From an uncultured cyanobacterium (GTDB taxonomy: Bacteria; Cyanobacteriota; Cyanobacteriia; PCC-9006; JAAUQQ01), in the NCBI GenBank assembly GCA_963718615.1, contig OY970368.1:5856001-5920000 (forward strand): DNA of 64,000 bases, in the 5' to 3' direction. Made by a program: the position numbers and the translations under genes. A model generated the notes under the pieces. The model had not been told where the DNA came from, ran no database searches, and saw only the letters and a program-made list of their open reading frames with translations. How positions within the stretch are numbered: position 1 is the stretch's first letter; every line of letters begins with the position of its first letter. Below, piece after piece: positions 28,682-36,546 of this stretch.

Positions 28682-30712
28682 TTATCTGCTACAGTCTACA
28701 AGTCTTGACGCGACAGAAGACAACGGAAACGGAATCCACGCCACCGCACCAAGCCTCCACACAAAACGAACGACGACAACAAAAGGGAGGTGGCCTCTCG
28801 GTGCATTCAAGTCAAAATTCAGTTGTGAATATGACAACCAGTCACCCCCCTCCATTTTCGACCGCCAACCGACCTGAACGCCAAACTTTTCCCAATCCTT
28901 ATTATATTCGGTTGGGCTACCGCAGCTTTCCCAGATTTTCTTTTGCACCGTAAAGCCAAACCTACCCTGACTATACGTCACCCACAGGCGATCAATATTA
29001 CCTAGGTCCAAGCAGGGGAATTTCTGGATGTCTTCTACTCGCAGCCAACCTTTCTTCTGCCGATTCATCACTTCACACATCCGGTCAGCGGTTTCTTTGT
29101 CAGCCGCTTTCCAGTCCTTGGCCGCGAGCAAGTCGCGCAGTTTGACATAGTAGTTCGCCCCAAACCGTGCTGAACTGAGGTCGTCGGTGTCAAGCTGGGG
29201 TTGCTTCGCAGCGGCTTGTTTTTGTCGTTCTGCTTCGGCTTGTTTCTGTCGCTCCGCCTCCCGTTGCCGTTGGGCTTCCGCTTCCCGTCGTTTATGCTCC
29301 GCTACAGCCTGTTCTCGCTGCTTTTGTTCTTGCTGTCGTCGTTCTTGCTGCTGCTTATATTTCACCTCCTTTGGCGCTAACAACGGTTGTTCAATTTGGG
29401 CTACGACTTCATCGCTTAAGCCCAGAGATGCCTGAAACTGTTGCAAGCCCTGCCGCACAAAGTCATCCAGTGGATAGCCTGCTGCTAGCGCGCGCTCGAA
29501 TTCTTTCCCGTAGCGCTGTCTTTTTTTATGATCCTGCTCGTGCCGCTGTTGTGCTTCTGCTTCCTGGCGCTGGCGGTCGGCTTCTGCCTGCTGCTGGGCT
29601 TGGGCCTGCTGCTGGCGCTCTAGCTCAGCCACATATCCCGCCAAATCATAGCCATCCAACACCGCCCACTCGATCTGGGCCACATCCTCCGGCTTCAGCC
29701 GCAGGTGGGCGCGATAGTCTTTCAGATCATCCAGCGTGCGCGAACCCAAGGGCGATTCCTGCGCCAAGCACTGACGGAACGTCTCCTCGTAGTCCTGCCG
29801 CTTGCGCTGATACTCCCGATAGGGCTTCAGCACCTCCGCTTCAATCGCCTCCGCCTCCGCCTCAGCAATCTGTAGCTCCACCCGCAGCCCCATCAACAAT
29901 CGCTGCGCCGGAATCGTAAACACGCCTGCTGTCGCTCGACGCTCGACTTCCTTGCGATACTTCAACCTCGGGTCATCCTGGGGAGACCGGGCCAACCGAA
30001 TCTGATACCCTTCCCCCTTGAGATGAATAATGTCAGGACTCATCACCGGCGAAGTCTCCCGGACCTTGCGCCCCGCATAGCGGTGCAGCTCATCCACCGT
30101 GATCACCCCATCCCCATCGGCATCAGCGGCTCCGCTGGCAATCCCCTCCACCAGGTAGCGGGTGTAGATCGACAACTCCGCGCCCTTTTCTTCAAAGGAA
30201 TAATCCACCGCACTGGTCGAAGTCAGCACCACCCGCCCCTCGGCCCCGAGCTGCTCCTTCAGATCAATTGCGCCATCATCCCGCGCCACCAGCTCCCCAA
30301 AGGCCCCGCTAAAGCAGCAGTCGAGAATCAGCACCTGATATTTAGCCTTGCAACCGCGAATGCAGTCATGCAGAAACCGAGCCGGGGTGGCCGTGGAGCG
30401 GATTAGACCATGGCGCTGTTTTTCCGTATTCGCAGCGGCAAAATAGAGATCGCGGCGATCGTCCTTCACCCCATGCCCCGAAAAGAACAACAGCACCAAA
30501 TCCTCCGGCTGCCGATCCTGAAACCACAGCTCAATCTCCCGCGCCATCTCCGGCTGGGTCGGGTTAACCACAGGTTTCGCTTCATCAAAGCCCCCCATCT
30601 GCGGATTCAGCAACACCTCCCGCAACGCCGCCACATCCCGAGACGCAGCCGGTAACGGTTGCAACCCCTCGCCATAGGTATCAACGCCGATTAAGAGTGC
30701 ATACTTTCCCAT
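28682..30712 (-). CDS. Caspase-like (C14) protease with helical/coiled-coil linker and C-terminal GUN4-like domain
   Basis: ALLIGV..Y, FFSGHG (His), LDCCFSG (Cys), EF-hand-like DADGDGVITVDEL; GUN4-like LRDLLAAKDWKAADKET, FPC.DL..IDRLW..YSQGRFGF.VQK.IW, APRGHLP. Confidence 0.9.
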   Translation of the reverse strand: MGKYALLIGVDTYGEGLQPLPAASRDVAALREVLLNPQMGGFDEAKPVVNPTQPEMAREIELWFQDRQPEDLVLLFFSGHGVKDDRRDLYFAAANTEKQRHGLIRSTATPARFLHDCIRGCKAKYQVLILDCCFSGAFGELVARDDGAIDLKEQLGAEGRVVLTSTSAVDYSFEEKGAELSIYTRYLVEGIASGAADADGDGVITVDELHRYAGRKVRETSPVMSPDIIHLKGEGYQIRLARSPQDDPRLKYRKEVERRATAGVFTIPAQRLLMGLRVELQIAEAEAEAIEAEVLKPYREYQRKRQDYEETFRQCLAQESPLGSRTLDDLKDYRAHLRLKPEDVAQIEWAVLDGYDLAGYVAELERQQQAQAQQQAEADRQRQEAEAQQRHEQDHKKRQRYGKEFERALAAGYPLDDFVRQGLQQFQASLGLSDEVVAQIEQPLLAPKEVKYKQQQERRQQEQKQREQAVAEHKRREAEAQRQREAERQKQAEAERQKQAAAKQPQLDTDDLSSARFGANYYVKLRDLLAAKDWKAADKETADRMCEVMNRQKKGWLRVEDIQKFPCLDLGNIDRLWVTYSQGRFGFTVQKKIWESCGSPTEYNKDWEKFGVQVGWRSKMEGGDWLSYSQLNFDLNAPRGHLPFVVVVRFVWRLGAVAWIPFPLSSVASRLVDCSR

Positions 30713-30768
30713 GGAACTGGTTTCAAAGGCTACGGCTGCGGGTCAGGGTGAGTTTGCTCAGACCAAGC

Positions 30769-31200
30769 CTACTCAGGCTTGTTTGGTCCAGACGGGTTTT
30801 GCTGCTCCCGTATCTTAACCCGCAAGTTTGCCAGCCGCTCAATCGTGTCCGCCGCCTGATCCAACTCCTGTTTGTTGCGATACTCGATGTTGTAGGTCAT
30901 GCCATCCATTTCGCCCGACAGCGTTAGAGTCTTGCCATACCGCAAATTTCCCAGGTAATCCATCAGCTTCCCCAGATTCTTGCGGTTAATCTCTGTGGTC
31001 AGCACTCCCATTAAAAACGCTGCCGCCCCAGATTTAGCAGCCTCCGGGATATCCTCCTCACGGGCCAGACGAGCAGATTGTACCCAGTCGCCAGACTCCA
31101 GTTCGTCGGCGATCGTTAACAAAAAACTTTCTAACTCAACCCGATCAAGGTCAAGACCAGCTTCGCTAAAGTCGATTAAGACAGCAGACGCTTCAGGCAT
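30769..31200 (-). CDS. EACC1-like small adaptor protein upstream of the caspase
   Basis: LD...LE.....L..EL, IPE.AKS..AFL.GVLT.EIN..N pattern typical of small proteins that precede cyanobacterial caspases. Confidence 0.6.
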   Translation of the reverse strand: MPEASAVLIDFSEAGLDLDRVELESFLLTIADELESGDWVQSARLAREEDIPEAAKSGAAAFLMGVLTTEINRKNLGKLMDYLGNLRYGKTLTLSGEMDGMTYNIEYRNKQELDQAADTIERLANLRVKIREQQNPSGPNKPE

Positions 31201-31392
31201 GGTGGCTCATCCGTAGACTAAGGCTCCGCCCATCATAATGATTCAGACAGAGGACGTCCAGGCTAGGACTGCACGTCGCTTCGTGCCTGCTTAGGGGCCA
31301 TCTCACACTGATACTCAACCCCTGCTGCGATCGACTCTTTCCTTACTTCGTTGTCGAGCATCTCGATATTTACGATTGCTCCCTATTGCTCC

Positions 31393-32589
31393 CTATTGGT
31401 CATGCGACCCTTCACCACTTCTTAAAGTCTTAACCCAGCGAATTACATCCTCAGGCAAACGCCGCGCCCAAGCACGACAATAATCAATTCGAGCCCTAGG
31501 CTCCTGCCAAACACTAAAATAAAAGCGATGGTCATACTTGCGAAAATGAGGAAAGAAAAACCCTGCCCCATAATCAACCTGAGGACCCACAAGTCGTTGA
31601 AGAATTTGACAGGACAGAACTTCTAACTCAGCGTCCTGGTATTGCTCTTGATAGGGTCCGGCGATAATCGCTTGAGGAACTTCTAAATTAAATAGAATTT
31701 CAAGTAGCTTGAGTTGCAGTAAAAGCAATCGTACACACTCGAACATTTCTACGGTTTCTAAAATGCTTTTCCAGTCAAGACAAGGGTGGCTCTTCACTAA
31801 TGCCATAGCATCAACAAGCTGGCATAGCTTTAACTTTAAACAACAATGGTCCTTAGCTAGATATAAGCACAATAGAACAAAGAGATCTTCCGGTTGCAAG
31901 CAAGGAACTTCAAGATTTTCCCCTTCCGATAGGTTTAATTGCAGTTGAGTCAACCGTGCGATCAAAAAATCAGCACCCAAGACCTGTGAAAATTCTGGAG
32001 GAACCAAGGACTGATGCAGATCGACCTCAACCTTGAGCTGCGGGTGGAAAAAGCTCTCCTCCCAACCATAGGACTCCTTACGGGAGTAGCCTTGAGATAA
32101 GAGAAACTCACCAGCCTGCCTAAAGTCCTCAGGCTTAACCAGTAGATCCAGATCCGTAAACTTTCTTAGGCCTAGATCCTGATAGGCAAGTTGAGCAAGG
32201 GTAGGACCTTTATAAGGAATCGCAATAAGGTTCCTTTGCCCCATACCCTCCAAGAGTCGAGCCAATTCTCGGGTCAGAAAAACCGTTCGCATTCGATTGG
32301 CCAGAAAACTAGTCTGTAAAGTTCTAGAAACGGATGATGGCAACACATGCGGATAAAAGACCCTGAGATTATGACTCACTAACGCCGTTACACCCTGTTG
32401 AAGTGCCAAATGTAAGAAAGCTTGCCAATCGAGATCACGAAACAACTCAGGTTCTAGCTCTTGGGCTGGGGCAACCGAGAACGTACTCAAGGATAGCCGA
32501 AAGAGAAGTTGCCATTCCTGGCTTAGGTGAGGATTCTGCTGGAATGGATTGTAGGGAGTTGGGCGATCGCCTGACCCAGTCGTTTTCAT
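31393..32589 (-). CDS. Nucleotidyltransferase (NTP_transf_5-like), intact motif
   Basis: YKGPTLAQLAY.D.GLRKFTDLDLLV, VDLH, LCQLVD. Confidence 0.85.
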   Translation of the reverse strand: MKTTGSGDRPTPYNPFQQNPHLSQEWQLLFRLSLSTFSVAPAQELEPELFRDLDWQAFLHLALQQGVTALVSHNLRVFYPHVLPSSVSRTLQTSFLANRMRTVFLTRELARLLEGMGQRNLIAIPYKGPTLAQLAYQDLGLRKFTDLDLLVKPEDFRQAGEFLLSQGYSRKESYGWEESFFHPQLKVEVDLHQSLVPPEFSQVLGADFLIARLTQLQLNLSEGENLEVPCLQPEDLFVLLCLYLAKDHCCLKLKLCQLVDAMALVKSHPCLDWKSILETVEMFECVRLLLLQLKLLEILFNLEVPQAIIAGPYQEQYQDAELEVLSCQILQRLVGPQVDYGAGFFFPHFRKYDHRFYFSVWQEPRARIDYCRAWARRLPEDVIRWVKTLRSGEGSHDQ

Positions 32590-32669
32590 ATTAAAAATTC
32601 AATATTATTGACGTCAATCTTTGAACGATTAAATACCATCGACGCAAAATCTCCCTAGACAGCCTCCTT

Positions 32670-33833
32670 TTAAGCTGAGTATGGATTTCCCCAATTATTT
32701 CGAAGCCTACGCCAAAAATGCCCAAGCTGACGCTGTAGGCCATAGGGCACAACCGTAAAGATAGATTTAATTTGCCAGCTATCCCGAAGAAACTGTAAGA
32801 ATGCTAACCAAGATTCATTCTGTTCTAAGACCGAGGCTTGCCGCTGATATTGAACATATCGACGCACAATTCGAGCCATAAGATGATAATTCTGATTCAC
32901 GACAAACATTGTCTCCCATTGCTCAAGTCTTGTAGGAACTGCGGATTCAACTAAATTCGACCATTTTGTACAATCTGGTAGAGAAATTTCTAACTGGCGT
33001 AGATCAGAAAAGAGTAATTGTAGAGGCGCTAAAAGCTTATACTGGATTGCAGACTTCAGCAAATCTTGCCCATCGACTTCACTGGCTTGTAATAGCGCAA
33101 TAAGTTCTACAAAATCTAACAGTAAAGATTCCCGGTTATCGACCATAGCCACAACTCGATACAAAATCTGATCCGTCAGAGACCAAGTTCGGCTGCTGAC
33201 TTCGCCCATGTTTCCATCTAAATCATAGGCAATCGAACGCTCCCAAAGCTTCTGCACAATCGCGGGAGAAGGACTCCAATGACTCAACTGACGATACAAC
33301 AATAACGGTGGATAGGTATCATGGATAAACCAGAGACACCCTGCCCACCGTAGTGTCTCTAGGGGATTTAAGGAATTGCTCTTCCATCCCAACTGCTGTA
33401 ATTGGGTTGCGATCGCCGTACAGTGTTCGAGGTGAATTTGGAACCGTAGATCCCTGATCGGAGCAAGACCCTTATCATAGGGGTTTTCAGCTTGCCATAA
33501 GCCTCGGTTGAGCCAAACAATCGGAACTTTAGACTCATGACAAAATTGAAACAGAGATCTTAACGCTAACAGAATCGTCTGGTTTTTACACCAGGAAAGT
33601 CGTTGTACTCCCTTAATTCGAGGTAGAAGAGGGGTTTGAATCCCTGAGGCTATGAGTTTTCTATGAATGTTTGGAAGGAGCTGATAGGTTTGTCCATCCA
33701 GATCTTCAAAGTCAATTTTATTTAACCATTTTTTCCATAAAATATCTGCCGAGACATCAGATGAATAAAGAAACTTTAATAGATATTGATGTTCTAAATT
33801 CAAGTTCTTCAACAAAGACTGCATGATAGCCAT
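32670..33833 (-). CDS. Nucleotidyltransferase-like protein with degenerate active site
   Basis: W..W....DFEDLD...YQLLP, RIKGV.R.SW.KNQ N-terminus of the same family; the KG and DxD positions read NRG and DLR. Confidence 0.65.
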   Translation of the reverse strand: MAIMQSLLKNLNLEHQYLLKFLYSSDVSADILWKKWLNKIDFEDLDGQTYQLLPNIHRKLIASGIQTPLLPRIKGVQRLSWCKNQTILLALRSLFQFCHESKVPIVWLNRGLWQAENPYDKGLAPIRDLRFQIHLEHCTAIATQLQQLGWKSNSLNPLETLRWAGCLWFIHDTYPPLLLYRQLSHWSPSPAIVQKLWERSIAYDLDGNMGEVSSRTWSLTDQILYRVVAMVDNRESLLLDFVELIALLQASEVDGQDLLKSAIQYKLLAPLQLLFSDLRQLEISLPDCTKWSNLVESAVPTRLEQWETMFVVNQNYHLMARIVRRYVQYQRQASVLEQNESWLAFLQFLRDSWQIKSIFTVVPYGLQRQLGHFWRRLRNNWGNPYSA

Positions 33834-33905
33834 GATGGATAGAAGTTTACAAATGCTAGAAGTTTAATGATGCGGGACTAAAGCCCCTACAGAATAGGAA
33901 GATCG

Positions 33906-35615
33906 TTAAGCAGATAGACTATCGGGTGAAGTGGATGCTTGAGGAGAGAAGGCTGAATAGGGGAGGAGTTGGCGATCGCGCAACTCATAAATCTCGTCTG
34001 CCTCTTCAAGTACTTCTGGATTATGGCTAATTATTAAGATTGCAGGCATATTTTCCAACTGTCTCAGATTCTTTAGAAGGGTTTTGATGGCTTGAATATC
34101 AAGATGATTGGTCGGTTCGTCTAGGAGTAGTAGCTTGGGCTGAGTGATTAGGGCGCGGGCGATCGCCAATCTCTGACGCTGCCCTCCCGAGAGTCGCACA
34201 CCCCGTTCTCCAACTAACGTCTCATAACCTAGCTCCAAACCACAAATAAACTCATGGGCCATTGCAAGCTTACAAATCTGAACGAGCCGCTCATCATCAA
34301 TCCCAGAAACACCATAAAGAATATTTTCCCGAACCGAACCCTCAAAAATAGAACCATCCTGCATAACAACTCCAATCTGTTTGCGAAAATGTCTAATATC
34401 GAGAACTTGATAGGGATAGCCATCGGCCCAAAGACTGCCGCAAGTCGGCTCATGGAATCCAATTATTAGCGAGAGCAACGTACTCTTGCCTATGCCATTC
34501 GGGCCAATAATCACAATCACTCTGCCTGGCCAAGTCACTAGATTAACATGATGGAACAATGCTGCACTCGATTGACTAGAATAGGAGAATTCTACATCTC
34601 TCAATTCTATATGACCTGTAAAATCAATCTGTGTTTTTCCCTTATAAGGCGTGAAAGAGACTTCCGAAAACATTACCTCATAGAGCTTTAAGAGTGACTC
34701 ATGACCTTCAAGAATATCAGGTAAAAGCTGGAGAACTCGGAACGCATGTTCTTTTGCCAACCAAGCTGTACCCAAAAAGGCCAAGGTCTCTCCAGGCGTT
34801 GTTTGCCCCTGACTCAACAGAAAGCTGCTCGTTACCAAGACAAGCATGATTAATGTCGTCATCATCAGGTTATTCACTTGACCGTGAAATGCACCCAGCC
34901 AAACAAAATTCAAGTGGGTAACGTGTTCTTGTCGGACAAGCTGCATTTGTCGGGAAATTTCTTCTTCTTCTGCTCCGCGTAAGCGAGTCAGATCGATTTG
35001 TTGAAAAACGAAACGAGATCCTCGAGCATAGTCTTCACAAGCGCGATGATATCGACTAATTCGCCCTTGAATACGTTTCCCAATCCAGAAGTTTACACCA
35101 TAGACTAAGGGAATTAGAATAAAGGCTAACAAAGATAGAATTAAATTTAGTTTAACGAGAATGCCAACAAAAATAATCGTTATCAGAAAAGAGGGAATGA
35201 CCTGAGAGATCAGGTTAATCATCATGACATCTAATCGACGAGTATCTTGGTTGATGATAGTATGGAGTCGATTTTGATCGGCTTGGCTATAATAAGTTTT
35301 TGAAAAGCTATATAATCGCCTTAGTAGAGCTATCCAAAACTTTCGAATTGCGGTCTTACCAATTTTCAGCATATTGTAGCGGCTCCAAAGAATCGCCACG
35401 CTATTAAGCAGATAGAGAAGCATAATGCTGCCGGTTGCTAGCCCTAGTTGTTTATAATTCTGGCTAGGCAAAACTGAATCAGCAACGTACTTCATGATTA
35501 GTGGAATCGGAAGTAGGATTAAAACCTGAAAAACTGATATCAGAATAGAGAAGGCTAGCCAAACATAATGACCTCGATAAAACTGGAGATAGTACAGCCA
35601 TGGATTTGATTTCAT
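33906..35615 (-). CDS. ABC exporter, fused TMD plus ATPase (no C39 peptidase domain)
   Basis: About six hydrophobic helices; GPNGIGKST, LSGGQRQR, LLLDEPT, IISH. Confidence 0.93.
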   Translation of the reverse strand: MKSNPWLYYLQFYRGHYVWLAFSILISVFQVLILLPIPLIMKYVADSVLPSQNYKQLGLATGSIMLLYLLNSVAILWSRYNMLKIGKTAIRKFWIALLRRLYSFSKTYYSQADQNRLHTIINQDTRRLDVMMINLISQVIPSFLITIIFVGILVKLNLILSLLAFILIPLVYGVNFWIGKRIQGRISRYHRACEDYARGSRFVFQQIDLTRLRGAEEEEISRQMQLVRQEHVTHLNFVWLGAFHGQVNNLMMTTLIMLVLVTSSFLLSQGQTTPGETLAFLGTAWLAKEHAFRVLQLLPDILEGHESLLKLYEVMFSEVSFTPYKGKTQIDFTGHIELRDVEFSYSSQSSAALFHHVNLVTWPGRVIVIIGPNGIGKSTLLSLIIGFHEPTCGSLWADGYPYQVLDIRHFRKQIGVVMQDGSIFEGSVRENILYGVSGIDDERLVQICKLAMAHEFICGLELGYETLVGERGVRLSGGQRQRLAIARALITQPKLLLLDEPTNHLDIQAIKTLLKNLRQLENMPAILIISHNPEVLEEADEIYELRDRQLLPYSAFSPQASTSPDSLSA

Positions 35616-35619
35616 AAAG

Positions 35620-36501
35620 CTATCTGTTATGAATGGGAACAGTTCTATGCATTAACGACAATCCTGAGTCAATCTTTAGAACCGTTCCTGTCGTATATTG
35701 TGAAAAATAGTTTGATGCTAAATAAATGGCTGCACGTGCTATATATTGAGGAGGAATTTTTGTCCCATAAAGTTGACCTTTATGATCAGGTATTGGAGTA
35801 TTATTGTCATCCAGACCTATCCAACCAGGTGCAATACCATTAACTCGAATATTCATCGGTGCTAGTTCAACCGCAAGTTCTTGGATAATCATACCGATCG
35901 CAGCCTTAGAAGAGCTATAACAGGCATAGCCTAAAGGGATCCATTGGTGGATAGAAGACAGAAAAATCATGTTGCCCATGATCTGCTTTTGTATCATTTC
36001 TTGAGCCAATAGATGTGTCAGGTATACAGGGCCAAGAATATTAGTCTGATATGTTGTCTGCCACTCAGCAAGAGCAAATTTTTTGATGGAGCTGGGTAAG
36101 GTAATGCCTACATTATTGATTAACACATCAATAGTGACATCTATTTCCGTTAAGCCTTGAAAGACTTGATCAATTTGTGCGAAGTTTGTAATGTCACAGA
36201 CAAATCCTTGACAGAAGCCTCCTATCGCTTTTAAGTCTTGCTCAAGCTTTTGCTTAAGCTCTTGGTCGATTTCGATAAAATAGATATTGGCTCCTTGTTG
36301 TATGCATTCGAGGGCGATCGCCCTACCAATATTACGTCCAGCTCCCGTAATCAAAACATTTTTTCCCTTCAATAAACTTCCCATGGCTACGAGCTGAATA
36401 TCTGGCGGATATTGAATGGAGCAAACGTTTGTTTGACTTTGAGATTCTGGCGGTGACATAAAAGCGTGAACAGCAGCTCTAATTCTAGGAAATGTAAACA
36501 T
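35620..36501 (-). CDS. Short-chain dehydrogenase/reductase
   Basis: TGAGRNIG, NNVG, SS, YSSSK, NGIAPG. Confidence 0.9.
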   Translation of the reverse strand: MFTFPRIRAAVHAFMSPPESQSQTNVCSIQYPPDIQLVAMGSLLKGKNVLITGAGRNIGRAIALECIQQGANIYFIEIDQELKQKLEQDLKAIGGFCQGFVCDITNFAQIDQVFQGLTEIDVTIDVLINNVGITLPSSIKKFALAEWQTTYQTNILGPVYLTHLLAQEMIQKQIMGNMIFLSSIHQWIPLGYACYSSSKAAIGMIIQELAVELAPMNIRVNGIAPGWIGLDDNNTPIPDHKGQLYGTKIPPQYIARAAIYLASNYFSQYTTGTVLKIDSGLSLMHRTVPIHNR

Positions 36502-36546
36502 AATTGATTTCCCTATCTTCTATTTCCTATTCTCTTTTATACATTT

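Noticed and set aside
28682-29200. Chlorophyll-biosynthesis gun4 ortholog
   Set aside because: The GUN4-like domain is fused to a caspase and has a divergent C-terminus; it fits the expanded paralog class, not the Mg-chelatase cofactor.
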